Shown: positions 10,017-20,626, counted from the first letter of the stretch. The stretch: 64,000 nt of DNA from Candidatus Nanopelagicales bacterium (GCA_017854795.1 JAFMHB010000006.1:25342-89341); one strand, 5' to 3'. Numbers and translations are program-made. Notes: generated by a model not told the origin, from the sequence alone.

Positions 10017-10598
10017 GTGAGAAAACAACTAGCAAAGAGCGCTATCGCCTTGTCCTCCCTAATTCTGTTGGCGGGCTGCTCCAGCAGCCAAGACGGTGAC
10101 CCTGAATTCACTGAAGCGGGCAGCACTTCGGGGCCATATTCAGTGAATGACTGTGGCACTTTGGGTTCACCCGTCATCTCAGAAATTGCGCCCCCTGGAC
10201 TCGCAATTGACGGTCTAGTCATTGGTGAGGATGCAGTTCCCGCCATTAGCGTTGGGCCAAGCTCAGTTCCAGCAGTCGAACTAGTTTCGCAGCAACTCAT
10301 TGCAGGAAGCGGCGCAAGCGTTGTTGTTGGGGACACCATCACTGTTAATTACTGCGGAGTCGGTCAAATAAGCGGTGCATTATTCGATTCTTCATGGGCA
10401 CGGGGAGAGGCCGCAACCTTTGACCTTATCCCTGGTGGTCTCATCGAAGGTTGGACTCAAGGTGTTCCCGGGATGCAGGTTGGTGAGCGTCGTTTGTTAG
10501 AGATCCCTGGTGATTTGGGGTACGGCGCTAACCCTCCGGGTGGCATTGAAGTTGATGAAACACTGATTTTTGTTGTTGAACTAGTTTCCATCGGTTAA
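10017..10598 (+). CDS. FKBP-type peptidyl-prolyl isomerase, lipoprotein
   Basis: Signal peptide with lipobox LLAGC. FKBP core FDSSWARGE...IEGWTQGVPGMQVGERRLLEIPGDLGYG. Confidence 0.85.
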   Translation: MRKQLAKSAIALSSLILLAGCSSSQDGDPEFTEAGSTSGPYSVNDCGTLGSPVISEIAPPGLAIDGLVIGEDAVPAISVGPSSVPAVELVSQQLIAGSGASVVVGDTITVNYCGVGQISGALFDSSWARGEAATFDLIPGGLIEGWTQGVPGMQVGERRLLEIPGDLGYGANPPGGIEVDETLIFVVELVSIG

Positions 10599-10637
10599 TC
10601 TCATAATCGCTTACACCTTGCAAAGGATAGGAATCAC

Positions 10638-11003
10638 ATGTCTGAAATGACCAAACCCGAGATTGATTTCATTGAAGGACCAGCACCGGTTGAACTGGTG
10701 ATTACAGATCTGGTTGTGGGATCAGGCCAAGAGGCAACCCCAGGTGCCACTGTCGACGTGCACTATCTCGGGGTGGAATTTGAAACAGGTGAGCAATTCG
10801 ATGCATCATGGGATCGTGGTGAGAGTATTAATTTTCCACTTTCGAGCCTTATCGCAGGTTGGCAGGAAGGCATCCCCGGAATGAAAGTTGGCGGTCGCCG
10901 GCAGCTCGTCATTCCACCAGCACTCGCTTACGGGGAATCCGGTGGCCATCGGTTATCGGGAAAGACTCTCGTGTTCATAATCGATCTTCTCGGCGTTAAA
11001 TAG
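10638..11003 (+). CDS. FKBP-type peptidyl-prolyl isomerase (cytoplasmic)
   Basis: 121-aa ORF with FKBP core FDASWDRGE...IAGWQEGIPGMKVGGRRQLVIPPALAYG. Confidence 0.85.
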   Translation: MSEMTKPEIDFIEGPAPVELVITDLVVGSGQEATPGATVDVHYLGVEFETGEQFDASWDRGESINFPLSSLIAGWQEGIPGMKVGGRRQLVIPPALAYGESGGHRLSGKTLVFIIDLLGVK

Positions 11004-11018
11004 ACACCAGTGCATTAA

Positions 11019-11993
11019 ATGCCTCGACGCGACAAGACGGAACGGCTACTCAACTTAGTTTTCGCCATGATGTCAACGCATCGAGCGATTTCGCGTTCTG
11101 ACATTCGGGACAACGTTGCAGGCTACGAGGATGTAAACTCGGATGAGGCCTTCGAGCGGATGTTCGAACGAGATAAAGATGAACTTCGTTCAATGGGGCT
11201 TCCCATTGAAACAGTTGCGGACAATATGGGTGACATTTTGGGTTACCGAATATCGCCAAGTGAATACGAGTTTGTCGATTTGGAGTTAACCCCAAACGAC
11301 CTCATCGTCTTGGGAGTTGCTGCGCAAGTGTGGGATCAAGCAGTACTGAGCGCACCCGCTCAGACTGCGTTACGCAAGATCGAAGCTAAATATGGAAAGA
11401 GCGTTGTTGCTCCGCCTGCCGAATTGTCAGGTCTAGTTCGGCTACAGGCACAGGATGTCTCACTTCCAATATTGCTTCGAGCAGCACGTGAAAAACGAGT
11501 CGTGAAATTTAATTATCAAAATCGCGAGGGAATACAGTCTGCTCGGAGTTTAGAACCTTGGGCCGTCATTTGTCGTGAGGGGCATTGGTACTGCATCGGT
11601 TTTGATCTCACTCGGAATGAACAGAGGACTTTTAAGCTTCCTCGGATCCGCGGCAGCGTCAAATTAACCTCTGAATTGCACACGGCTCCACGACCTGAAA
11701 ATCCGTTAATGGAGATTCCCAAGGCTCATGATCAGATCATCGCCAAGATCACCATCGCCCCCAACGGTGGAGCCATGCTTCGAAGGAACGCAACTTCGTG
11801 CGAGCACACTTCTGACGGTGACCGGTTGACTGTTCAGGGTTCACTAAATGATTTAACCCAATGGACATTGCTGGCATTGCCCGATGTCCTTCGGATTGAT
11901 TCACCTGTACTTGCCGACGCAGTCAAGGTGGCGAGTCAGCGGATGCTCGATGAGCATCTTGCTGTGATCTCAATTGGGCAAAATCGTGGCTGA
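11019..11993 (+). CDS. pafB: HTH-WYL transcriptional regulator PafB
   Basis: N-terminal HTH plus a WYL-type domain (EGHWYCIGFD). First of a tandem paralogue pair downstream of pafA. Confidence 0.8.
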   Translation: MPRRDKTERLLNLVFAMMSTHRAISRSDIRDNVAGYEDVNSDEAFERMFERDKDELRSMGLPIETVADNMGDILGYRISPSEYEFVDLELTPNDLIVLGVAAQVWDQAVLSAPAQTALRKIEAKYGKSVVAPPAELSGLVRLQAQDVSLPILLRAAREKRVVKFNYQNREGIQSARSLEPWAVICREGHWYCIGFDLTRNEQRTFKLPRIRGSVKLTSELHTAPRPENPLMEIPKAHDQIIAKITIAPNGGAMLRRNATSCEHTSDGDRLTVQGSLNDLTQWTLLALPDVLRIDSPVLADAVKVASQRMLDEHLAVISIGQNRG

Positions 11994-12933
11994 ACAAGTG
12001 TCTGACCGAATTTCGCGGTTACTCGCCCTTGTTCCTTGGCTCGCACAACGTCCTGGTATTACCTTGACACAAACCGCCGATCATTTTGGTATCAGTGTCG
12101 AAACATTGACAAAGGATCTTTGGCAACTCGTATTATGTGGGCTCCCCGGTTATGGACCCGATCAATTGGTGGACATTGATTTTTGGGACGATGACCGAAT
12201 CTGGGTTCAAGATCCCCAAACTCTCGCAGTTCCCATGCGACTAAGTTCCGAGGAGGCAATCGCACTTTCGATTGCGCTTCGAAGAATGAATCAGATTCCC
12301 GGTATAGCCGAGAAGGACACAATCAATCGCCTGCTTGTGAAGATGGATGCCGTCACTGGATCGGCGATAAGCGTTGTCAAGGTATCTAACGTGGATCAAA
12401 TTGCTCAAAGTGAATTGATAGAGTCAGCTCTTGCCAACCGCCTTTCACTGACTTTTGATTACTCGTCGGCGAATGACAGCCAATCGAATCGCACAGTAAC
12501 TCCTATTAGGGTTTTCAGTGTCGATGATTACTTGTACTTGGCCGCCTGGTGTGATCATGCTGAAGCGGTGCGTTCATTTCGGTTTGACCGGATATCCAAT
12601 GTCACCGTAATTGAACCGTTGGTTCATGATCAGTCAGACCTGATGACCGAGGTCACGGGGCTGCCCGACCTAACATCAGCTCCAACTGCCCTGATCCGCA
12701 TTGATTCGGAGATTGCCTGGGTCACCGAAGAAGCCTGGGTGCGACGTGCAACCGCTGACATCGGAATGCTCGAGGATGGACAAATCCTGATATCAGTGCC
12801 CTATTTGTCCAAGGAATGGTTGATACACTGGGTCATGTCCATGGCAGGGGCGGCTACGATCTTGCAGCCGGTCTCCTTTGCCGAGGAAATCAGTGATTTA
12901 GTAGAAAGATCGATCGTCCGCTTGAGAAACTGA
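11974..12933 (+). CDS. pafC: HTH-WYL transcriptional regulator PafC
   Basis: HTH (ITLTQTADHFGISVETLTKDL) plus a WYL-type domain (DDYLYLAAW). Start is uncertain: TTG 11974, GTG 11986 (overlaps the pafB stop) or GTG 11998. Confidence 0.8.
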   Translation: MGKIVAEQVSDRISRLLALVPWLAQRPGITLTQTADHFGISVETLTKDLWQLVLCGLPGYGPDQLVDIDFWDDDRIWVQDPQTLAVPMRLSSEEAIALSIALRRMNQIPGIAEKDTINRLLVKMDAVTGSAISVVKVSNVDQIAQSELIESALANRLSLTFDYSSANDSQSNRTVTPIRVFSVDDYLYLAAWCDHAEAVRSFRFDRISNVTVIEPLVHDQSDLMTEVTGLPDLTSAPTALIRIDSEIAWVTEEAWVRRATADIGMLEDGQILISVPYLSKEWLIHWVMSMAGAATILQPVSFAEEISDLVERSIVRLRN

Positions 12934-13040
12934 CAGAAACTGACGCTGAGGCCGACAGACGCTCGTGAGGCTATGTAAGATGCTAGTGTCATTAACATTG
13001 GTAGTTCCAATAGCAATCGGTACGGCAGGAGATGGATCAC

Positions 13041-13322
13041 ATGTTCAGTAATCTCAAAGGCTGGGAATGGCTCATTATCGTGGCTTTGATCCTGCTGTTG
13101 TTTGGGGCAAAGCGTCTCCCCGATGCTGCACGAGGTTTGGGCCGGTCCCTTCGAATCTTCAAGGCTGAAACCAAGGGCCTTGTGAACAACGAGTCTGATG
13201 AAGCAGAAAAGTCAGTCGAATCCAAGAAAGCGGACTCCAAGGCGGTTGAAGGCGGTGCCACAGAGTCAACAGGATCTGCAGAGAGCGCAGAAACTGAATC
13301 TGCTTCTCCCACTGAACGTTAA
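13041..13322 (+). CDS. tatA: twin-arginine translocase TatA
   Basis: [28 protein letters not shown] hinge motif. AGGAG at 13027-13031 lies 9 nt before ATG 13041; the track start 13032 overlaps the SD. Confidence 0.9.
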   Translation: MFSNLKGWEWLIIVALILLLFGAKRLPDAARGLGRSLRIFKAETKGLVNNESDEAEKSVESKKADSKAVEGGATESTGSAESAETESASPTER

Positions 13323-13364
13323 TTAGAGCCAGTGGCCCTGCGCGAAAAGCAGGAGTCAGTGGGT

Positions 13365-14168
13365 ATGCCCCTGACCGAACATCTGCGGGAGTTGCGTTCC
13401 CGGTTTGTAAAAAGTGGCATTGCCATCGTTATTGGGATGGTTATTGGTTGGATCTATTACGCCGAGATTTTCGCCTGGATCAGTGAGCCATTCACCGATG
13501 TGATCGCCTCGGCGAAGGCGAATGGTCAAGATGTCGTCTTGGCACTCACCGGCGTTGCAGATCCTTTCGTTCTGCAAATCCAAGTTTCTGCCGCTGCCGG
13601 CATCGCTCTGAGTTCGCCAGTCTGGCTTTATCAACTCTGGAGATTCGTCACTCCAGGGTTACACCGCAATGAGCAAAAATGGGCCATTGGGTTTGCGGCT
13701 ATTGCGACTCCGCTTTTTGCTGCGGGTATTACCCTCGCTTACGTCGTTTTGCCATTCGGTCTGGAAATCTTGCTTGGGTTCACGCCCGAGAACGTTGAGA
13801 ACATTGTCTCCGTTGATCGCTACCTGTCATTTTTTCTCAGAACAATCATGGTCTTTGGGGTTGGATTTCTTACTCCACTTCTTATCGTTTTGTTGAACTT
13901 TGCCGGAATTCTTTCTGGAAAACGACTGGTTTCTTGGTGGCGTTGGATCATCTTCACGGTTCTCGTCTTCTCCGCCGTTGCAACACCCACGGGGGACCCC
14001 ATCAACTTGATGTTGCTTGCTGGACCGATCATGCTCCTTGTAATTATCGCGGTGGGTATTTCACTCCTCAATGATCGTCGGCGAGCACGGAAATCTCGAA
14101 ATTCTGATTTCAGCGATCTGAAAGACGATGAAATCTCGCCCCTCGATACAGATCTTGAAGATCGATGA
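13365..14168 (+). CDS. tatC: twin-arginine translocase TatC
   Basis: MPLTEHLRELRSRF N-terminus and six predicted TM segments. AGGAG at 13351-13355 lies 9 nt before ATG 13365. Confidence 0.9.
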   Translation: MPLTEHLRELRSRFVKSGIAIVIGMVIGWIYYAEIFAWISEPFTDVIASAKANGQDVVLALTGVADPFVLQIQVSAAAGIALSSPVWLYQLWRFVTPGLHRNEQKWAIGFAAIATPLFAAGITLAYVVLPFGLEILLGFTPENVENIVSVDRYLSFFLRTIMVFGVGFLTPLLIVLLNFAGILSGKRLVSWWRWIIFTVLVFSAVATPTGDPINLMLLAGPIMLLVIIAVGISLLNDRRRARKSRNSDFSDLKDDEISPLDTDLEDR

Positions 14169-14176
14169 ACCACGGC

Positions 14177-14182
14177 TAGACT
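14177..14182 (+). promoter_or_regulatory. -10-like TAGACT, 6 nt before helY ATG 14189
   Basis: TAGACT-gtcagc-ATG in the 20-nt tatC-helY spacer. No SD. Confidence 0.5.
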
Positions 14183-14188
14183 GTCAGC

Positions 14189-16927
14189 ATGACTTCCGCG
14201 GCCGAAAAGTACGCCGCATCGCGTTTACGGGCTCAAGACAACAAGACGCTGGTGGGCGCATTTATTGCTGGCTATCCCTTTGATTTAGACCCATTTCAGT
14301 TGGAGGCTGTACGAGCAATTGAATCGGGTAAGGGTGTTTTGGTGGCAGCACCCACCGGCGCTGGAAAAACTGTGGTGGGGGAGTTCGCGATATTTCGCGC
14401 ACTCAATACCGGCACCAAATGTTTCTACACGACCCCGATTAAAGCCCTTTCAAATCAGAAATATGCCGAACTCGTTGATCGCTATGGCCATCAGAATGTT
14501 GGGTTGCTAACGGGGGACAACAGCATCAATGGAGATGCCCCCATCGTTGTAATGACCACCGAGGTTTTGCGCAACATGTTGTATGCCCGCTCGAGCACAC
14601 TAAACAATCTTTCATTTGTCGTGATGGACGAGGTCCACTATCTTGCAGACCGCTCACGGGGTGCCGTCTGGGAGGAAGTAATCATCCACCTACCTGACTC
14701 GGTCACAATTGTTGCATTGAGTGCGACAGTGAGCAATGCCGAAGAGTTTGGTCGTTGGCTTGCAACAATTCGAGGAGAAACTGAAGTAATTGTTGAAGAA
14801 ATTCGACCTGTCCCTTTGTGGCAACATGTAATGGCAGGGAAAAGGCTCTACGACCTTTTTATTGATGACTCGCAACATGAGGTAAACCCTGAGTTAGCTG
14901 CCTTGGCTCGTAATGCATCACAAGCTGCGGCTACCAGAAATCATTCGAAATATGGAAGCAAGGGTCGCGGCGCGCCAAGAAGAACAACTTTAACGCCGTG
15001 GCGAAGTGACGTCGTCGCATTACTAGAAGCTGAGGTGTTGCTTCCAGCCATTTACTTCTTGTTTAGCAGGGCTGGCTGTGATGACGCTGTTGAGCAAATC
15101 CTCCGATCAGGGCTGCGCCTAACAACCAACATAGAGCGGGAGAAGATTCGACATCAGGTTCTGGAATCAACGAGGGATATACCCGACGAAGATCTGGCCG
15201 CCCTTGGCTTTAGCGACTGGATAGACGCACTTGAGCGCGGAGTTGCAGCTCACCATGCAGGCGCCCTGCCGAGATTCAAGGAAATTGTGGAATCACTTTT
15301 TCAGCAGGGATTGTTGAAAGTTGTGTTTGCAACCGAAACGCTGGCATTGGGGATCAATATGCCGGCAAAATCAGTGGTTCTTGAGCGTCTGGTTAAGTGG
15401 AATGGGGACGCCCACGTTGATCTTTCACCGGGGGAGTACACCCAGATTACCGGACGTGCAGGCCGTCGCGGAATTGATGTCGAGGGGCATGCCGTCGTGC
15501 TCTGGCAGCAGGATCTTGATCCCAAATCACTTGCTGGTTTGGCATCAACGCGAACATATCCCCTCAAATCTTCATTTCGACCCAGTTACAACATGACGGT
15601 CAACCTTGTCGGTTCAATAGGCACTGAACGAGCCCGCGAATTATTGGAAACCTCATTCGCGCAATTCCAAGCTGATGCTTCTGTCGTCGGATTAGCCACT
15701 GAGTTACGCAAACTCGACGAAGCCAAGGCTGGCTACTTTGATTCAATGCAATGCCATCTTGGTGACTTTGAGCAATACAGTGCTCTGCGATTCGCAATTT
15801 CGGTTGCAGAACGCCAAGACAGCAGGCAGGTTGTGCGCCAGAGACGCGATCTCGGTGAAGCGCAACTTCGAACACTCAAAGTGGGGGATGTAATCATGCT
15901 CTCCGCGGGTAAAAAAGCTGGTCCAGCAGTTGTCGTTTCCCCAGCAATAAACAGTGACAAAGTTGAGCCACGACCCATGGTGCTTACAGGGGATCGCCAA
16001 GTGCGTCGACTCAATTTCCATGATGCACTTGTGGATCTGACTCCAATTGGCAGAATCCGAGTTCCCAAGAGTTTCTCATCCCGTGATGCTCACATGAAGA
16101 AGAACTTGGCATCACAGGTACGTGAAATGGGACAAAAAGTATCCGACCCCAAACGACGAGGGAAAAAGTCCCATGAGGTGAATCCACTTGTTCAAGATCT
16201 CAGGGATCAGATGCGCGCCCACCCGTGCCATGGCTGCGATGAGCGGGAAGCACATGCACGTTGGGGGGAGCGGTATCAAAAGGCCGAGAGCCAATATCAA
16301 GAGGTGTCTTCTCGCATGAAGGGCCGGACCAACACAATTGCACGACGATTTGATCGCCTGTGTTCGGTCCTCGGTGAACTTGAATACCTAGTCAAAGACC
16401 CCAGAGGTGAATGGCAGGTTACTCAACGCGGTGATCTACTCAAAGGAGTTTATTCGGAGAATGACCTACTGATAGCGCAAACAATTTTAGCAGGAGTGCT
16501 GGACGACCTCGACCCTGCAACATTGGCTGCCGTTTGTTCAACCTTCGTCTATGAAAGCCGTCGTGGTGATTCTGATGAACCACCTTCAGTTCCTGGCGGA
16601 CCAACCCAAAAGGCACTCGACGATATCCACCAGATTTGGGGTCACGTGGAAGGAGTCGAACATGACCATAAAGTGCACGAGAGTCGCAAACTTGATGCAG
16701 GCCTTGCATGGGCTCTTTACCGTTGGGCTAAGGGTGCCACACTCATGAAAATATTGACAAGCAATGACGTAACAGCCGGCGACTTTGTTCGTTGGGTTCG
16801 ACAAGTTATTGACCTACTTGGTCAAATCGTCGCTGTTACTCCCCCCGAGTCCGTTTTGCATACAAATGCTTTGGCCGCGATTGATTTGTGCAAGCGCGGA
16901 ATTATTTCTTATCCCAGCGCAGCCTGA
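14189..16927 (+). CDS. helY: Ski2-like DEAD/DEAH-box helicase HelY
   Basis: 912-aa ORF with Walker A APTGAGKT, DEVH box and a Ski2/DSH C-terminal region. Conserved position after tatC. Confidence 0.9.
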   Translation: MTSAAEKYAASRLRAQDNKTLVGAFIAGYPFDLDPFQLEAVRAIESGKGVLVAAPTGAGKTVVGEFAIFRALNTGTKCFYTTPIKALSNQKYAELVDRYGHQNVGLLTGDNSINGDAPIVVMTTEVLRNMLYARSSTLNNLSFVVMDEVHYLADRSRGAVWEEVIIHLPDSVTIVALSATVSNAEEFGRWLATIRGETEVIVEEIRPVPLWQHVMAGKRLYDLFIDDSQHEVNPELAALARNASQAAATRNHSKYGSKGRGAPRRTTLTPWRSDVVALLEAEVLLPAIYFLFSRAGCDDAVEQILRSGLRLTTNIEREKIRHQVLESTRDIPDEDLAALGFSDWIDALERGVAAHHAGALPRFKEIVESLFQQGLLKVVFATETLALGINMPAKSVVLERLVKWNGDAHVDLSPGEYTQITGRAGRRGIDVEGHAVVLWQQDLDPKSLAGLASTRTYPLKSSFRPSYNMTVNLVGSIGTERARELLETSFAQFQADASVVGLATELRKLDEAKAGYFDSMQCHLGDFEQYSALRFAISVAERQDSRQVVRQRRDLGEAQLRTLKVGDVIMLSAGKKAGPAVVVSPAINSDKVEPRPMVLTGDRQVRRLNFHDALVDLTPIGRIRVPKSFSSRDAHMKKNLASQVREMGQKVSDPKRRGKKSHEVNPLVQDLRDQMRAHPCHGCDEREAHARWGERYQKAESQYQEVSSRMKGRTNTIARRFDRLCSVLGELEYLVKDPRGEWQVTQRGDLLKGVYSENDLLIAQTILAGVLDDLDPATLAAVCSTFVYESRRGDSDEPPSVPGGPTQKALDDIHQIWGHVEGVEHDHKVHESRKLDAGLAWALYRWAKGATLMKILTSNDVTAGDFVRWVRQVIDLLGQIVAVTPPESVLHTNALAAIDLCKRGIISYPSAA

Positions 16928-17823
16928 AGTAGCTCGTCAACGTACTTTTCAACACCCCACTGCACGGACACTTCATTGAGAGCTTGGCTGTCGACAGGTT
17001 CATAGGGCACTTCGAAATTCCATGCGCTCACGGGAAGTCGAGTCTCTGCCGTAATCACCGCAAGGGCGGCGCCGAGGTAGTCCACTCCAGCGCTAATCCT
17101 TTCGGCAAGGCGGGGTGTTAATGGCTTCTCCCACGTGGAGGAATTCACCGATGCCTGTATCAACCCCTCAAGGTCGGTATAGGCGTTGACAAGGGCACTC
17201 GCGGTTTTGTCGCCAATCCCCGGGATGCCGGGCAGTCCATCGCTTGGATCCCCCCTGAGGGCTGCCATAGCTAGATACTTGGTGGGGGACACACCGTACT
17301 TGGCTTCAATAGATTGTGGATCCAATAACGGCCAATTTTCTACACCACCGGTGACCTGCAGCAATAGGGAAACTCGATCGTTTACAACTTGAATCAGGTC
17401 CCGGTCACTCGTCACGACGAATGAGCGACCCAGATGCTGGGAGGCAACGGAGGCGATAACGTCGTCAGCCTCAAAGCCATCAATCCCGATCCTGGATAGG
17501 CCCCAGGCGTCCAGAATGGCTCCAATGGCCTCAATTTGAGGACTCAGGGTGTCGGGGACCTCCTCCTGACCAGACGCGATTTCTAGTCGATGTGTCTTAT
17601 AGCTGGGCACCAATTCAACACGCCATGTTGGTCGCCAGTCGTTATCCCATGCGGCGACAATTCCGCTTGGCTGGTGAATCGTGATCATTTTTGTCAACAT
17701 GGATAGAAAGCCTCGAATGGCATTGTGGGGACTTCCATCTGGTGCCGTCATCTTTTCCGGGAGGGCATAAAACGCCCGGTAGTACAGCGTTGCACTATCA
17801 AGGATTAACAGAGGTCCAGTCAC
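16909..17823 (-). CDS. 5'-3' exonuclease (FEN/Pol I N-terminal-like)
   Basis: 304-aa ORF with N-terminus LLILDSATLYYRAFYALP and an H3TH region GLPGIPGIGDKTA. Confidence 0.8.
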   Translation of the reverse strand: MTGPLLILDSATLYYRAFYALPEKMTAPDGSPHNAIRGFLSMLTKMITIHQPSGIVAAWDNDWRPTWRVELVPSYKTHRLEIASGQEEVPDTLSPQIEAIGAILDAWGLSRIGIDGFEADDVIASVASQHLGRSFVVTSDRDLIQVVNDRVSLLLQVTGGVENWPLLDPQSIEAKYGVSPTKYLAMAALRGDPSDGLPGIPGIGDKTASALVNAYTDLEGLIQASVNSSTWEKPLTPRLAERISAGVDYLGAALAVITAETRLPVSAWNFEVPYEPVDSQALNEVSVQWGVEKYVDELLQAALG

Positions 17824-17845
17824 GGCGAAAGTATGACACTCGGAC

Positions 17846-17851
17846 TAATCT
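17846..17851 (+). promoter_or_regulatory. -10-like TAATCT, 7 nt before ATG 17859 (M24 peptidase)
   Basis: TAATCT-gtcctac-ATG. Confidence 0.5.
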
Positions 17852-17858
17852 GTCCTAC

Positions 17859-18974
17859 ATGGCTGCTACCTCTGATTATCTGGAGCGAATTACTCGAGCA
17901 CAGGTCCACATGCAGGAGCTGGGGATCGATCTGATGTTGGTTACCCCGAGCGCAGATCTGCGTTATCTCATTGGGTACAACGCCATACCTCTAGAACGCA
18001 TCACGGCACTGGCGATCTCACCACACAAAGCCCCATTTCTCGTTGTACCTCGACTTGAGATCTCGACCGCTTCGGCGAGCCCTTTTGGAGACCTTGGCTG
18101 GCAAGTAATTGGCTGGTCTGAAAATGACAACCCGTACGACATTATTCGCAATACCTCTGGATTTTCCCAGGGGAGGATTGCAGTTGACAATCACATGTGG
18201 GCTGAGCGGGTTCTGAAAATACAAAAAAATTTCCCCAATGCACACATTGAACTGGCCGCTCCGATTATTGGTGCTATCCGGATTATTAAGACTCCAACCG
18301 AGTTGGATTTTTTACGTGAAGCCGCAGCAGCCATTGATCGAGTACACGCGCAAGTCCCTGATCTACTTCGCATCGGGCGTACAGAGGAGGAAGTTGGTCG
18401 CGACATTTCCGAACTCATTTTGGAAGAAGGGCATGCACACGTTGACTTCGTAATCGTTGCCTCTGGTCCAAATGGTGCCAGTCCTCACCATGAACTCAGT
18501 AGTCGCGTAATTAACGCAGGAGATCCCGTTGTTGTCGATATTGGGGGAACCATGCCCAGCGGCTATTGCAGTGATTGCACGCGCACGTACTCGATGGGAG
18601 ATCCGGGAGCCGAATTCATCCAACGTTACAAGGTGTTGCAACGCGCTCAAGAATTATCAACCGATGCAGTACATAACGGTGCAATCAGTCACAGCATCGA
18701 TGCAGCGGGCAGAAATGAGCTTGCCAAGAATGATCTAGCCCAATATTTCATCCACCGTACCGGTCACGGTATAGGTCTTGAAACCCATGAGGAACCCTAC
18801 ATTGGTGAGAATAATGAAACGATAATTGAAAACAGCATGGTTTTTAGCATTGAACCCGGTTTTTATATAGAAGGTGTACATGGGGCTCGCATTGAAGACA
18901 TCGTGATTTGCACCCCCGATGGACCCGAGGCACTTAACCATCAAACTCGTGACCTTGTCATTATTGAGATTTAG
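17859..18974 (+). CDS. M24 family Xaa-Pro dipeptidase/aminopeptidase
   Basis: Pita-bread metal ligand blocks VVVDIGG, HRTGHGIGLETHE and FSIEPG. I moved the start to ATG 17859 because the track start 17691 would overlap the exonuclease gene by 133 nt. Confidence 0.85.
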   Translation: MAATSDYLERITRAQVHMQELGIDLMLVTPSADLRYLIGYNAIPLERITALAISPHKAPFLVVPRLEISTASASPFGDLGWQVIGWSENDNPYDIIRNTSGFSQGRIAVDNHMWAERVLKIQKNFPNAHIELAAPIIGAIRIIKTPTELDFLREAAAAIDRVHAQVPDLLRIGRTEEEVGRDISELILEEGHAHVDFVIVASGPNGASPHHELSSRVINAGDPVVVDIGGTMPSGYCSDCTRTYSMGDPGAEFIQRYKVLQRAQELSTDAVHNGAISHSIDAAGRNELAKNDLAQYFIHRTGHGIGLETHEEPYIGENNETIIENSMVFSIEPGFYIEGVHGARIEDIVICTPDGPEALNHQTRDLVIIEI

Positions 18975-18985
18975 TTCGCGTTTAC

Positions 18986-20626
18986 ATGTCTAAGCGAACC
19001 TTGATCACCAATGCTGCAATCTATGCACCGAGTGTTCCCTTCGCAACGGCAATGCTGATTGACGGCGAAGAAATCGTTTGGATTGGAGACCATAGCGGCG
19101 CTGAAGTTCACCGAGAGCTCGCCGACACGGTAATCCATGCCCAGGGTCATTTTTTGGCACCGGGCTTCGTTGATGCACATGTTCACGCAACAAGCACCGG
19201 AATCATGCTGAGTGGCTTGGACCTCACTCAAGTCACGAATAAGACTCAACTCCTTAACTTGCTCAGTGATTACGCAAAGCACCTCAACGGGGGGACCGTC
19301 CTAGGCCACGGTTGGGATGAAACCAACTGGAGCGATCCCGAACTCCCCACTCGCATAGAGATCGATCGAGCAACTTGGGGGAGTGTTGTCTATTTAAGTA
19401 GGGTTGACGTGCATTCAGCGCTGGTCTCGAACTCACTTGTGGCGCAATTGCCAGCGAGCCGAGAACTCACGGGATTCGACGAGGGTCCGGTCACTCAACT
19501 CGCTCACGGAGCCTTGCGCACATTTGCATTGGGATCAATCACTAGTGGTCAACGAAGTAAAGCTCAAGAGACCTTTTTTTCACACGTACTTTCGCGTGGA
19601 ATTGTCAGCGTTCACGAAATGGCAGGGCCACACATCAGCAGTCATCAGGACGCGCGATCGTTAAAGGAACTCGCTTCACAAGCAGGCATGCCACATCTGG
19701 CTATCTACTGGGGTGAACTCTTCAGTGAACATACCCGCGAAACCATTTCTGATCTTGAAGCTATAGGTGCTGGTGGTGACCTGTTCATCGACGGTGCGAT
19801 TGGTTCACGAACGGCATTTCTTCACGATCCTTACACCGATAACTACGAGACACATGGTGCCAATTACCTCAATGTCGATCAAGTAGCGCATCATCTAATT
19901 GCCTGTACCCAAGCAGGTATTCAAGGTGGATTTCATGTGATTGGTGACCAAGCTTGCGAAATCGCACTAAAAGGTGCCCGATTGGCGGCTGCCCAGACTT
20001 CGGAATCAGACTTTCGAAGGCTCCGGCACCGCTTAGAACATGCGGAAATGCTCACAGATGACCACATTGAAACCATGCGAACCCTAGGCATGAGCGCAAG
20101 TATGCAACCTCTATTTGATGCCTGGTGGGGAAACCCTGGTGGCATGTATGAGTCTCGTTTAGGCGATCGATCACAATCGATGAATCGGTGGGGGAGTCTG
20201 CAATCTCACGGAACCGCGGTCTGTTTTTCATCTGATTCGCCGGTAACACCGAACACTCCATGGAATGCAGTCCACGCTGCAATGCACCATCACAATGCAC
20301 ATGAGCGCATCAGTGGCAGGGCTGCTTTCGCTGCGCACACAAGAGGTGGTTGGCGCGCACTTGGGCCGCAATACGACTCAGAGGGCGTTATCGAAGTAGG
20401 AGCCACGGCTAATTTAGCGACCTGGCACGTTGAGGATTATCAAGTGCATGTTCCGGATTCACGGGTTACCCAGTGGAGTACCGATCCTCGATCCGCCACT
20501 GTGCCCTTGCCCAATTTAGGTGAGGCGGAATCACCTGTTATTCCACTAAATGTTTGCACAATTGTAAAAGGGAAAATCGTTTTCCTAGAGGAGAGTTTTT
20601 CCGATCGGGTTAGCACCAATGGGTAA
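18986..20626 (+). CDS. metal-dependent amidohydrolase (YtcJ-like)
   Basis: 546-aa ORF with GFVDAHVHA metal-binding motif and amidohydrolase_3-like length. Confidence 0.8.
   Translation: MSKRTLITNAAIYAPSVPFATAMLIDGEEIVWIGDHSGAEVHRELADTVIHAQGHFLAPGFVDAHVHATSTGIMLSGLDLTQVTNKTQLLNLLSDYAKHLNGGTVLGHGWDETNWSDPELPTRIEIDRATWGSVVYLSRVDVHSALVSNSLVAQLPASRELTGFDEGPVTQLAHGALRTFALGSITSGQRSKAQETFFSHVLSRGIVSVHEMAGPHISSHQDARSLKELASQAGMPHLAIYWGELFSEHTRETISDLEAIGAGGDLFIDGAIGSRTAFLHDPYTDNYETHGANYLNVDQVAHHLIACTQAGIQGGFHVIGDQACEIALKGARLAAAQTSESDFRRLRHRLEHAEMLTDDHIETMRTLGMSASMQPLFDAWWGNPGGMYESRLGDRSQSMNRWGSLQSHGTAVCFSSDSPVTPNTPWNAVHAAMHHHNAHERISGRAAFAAHTRGGWRALGPQYDSEGVIEVGATANLATWHVEDYQVHVPDSRVTQWSTDPRSATVPLPNLGEAESPVIPLNVCTIVKGKIVFLEESFSDRVSTNG

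Noticed and set aside
17691-17858. The 56-codon N-terminal extension of the M24 peptidase in the track.
   Set aside because: It would overlap the divergent exonuclease gene by 133 nt and has an unrelated, low-complexity sequence. ATG 17859 has a TAATCT box 7 nt upstream and gives a normal family N-terminus.
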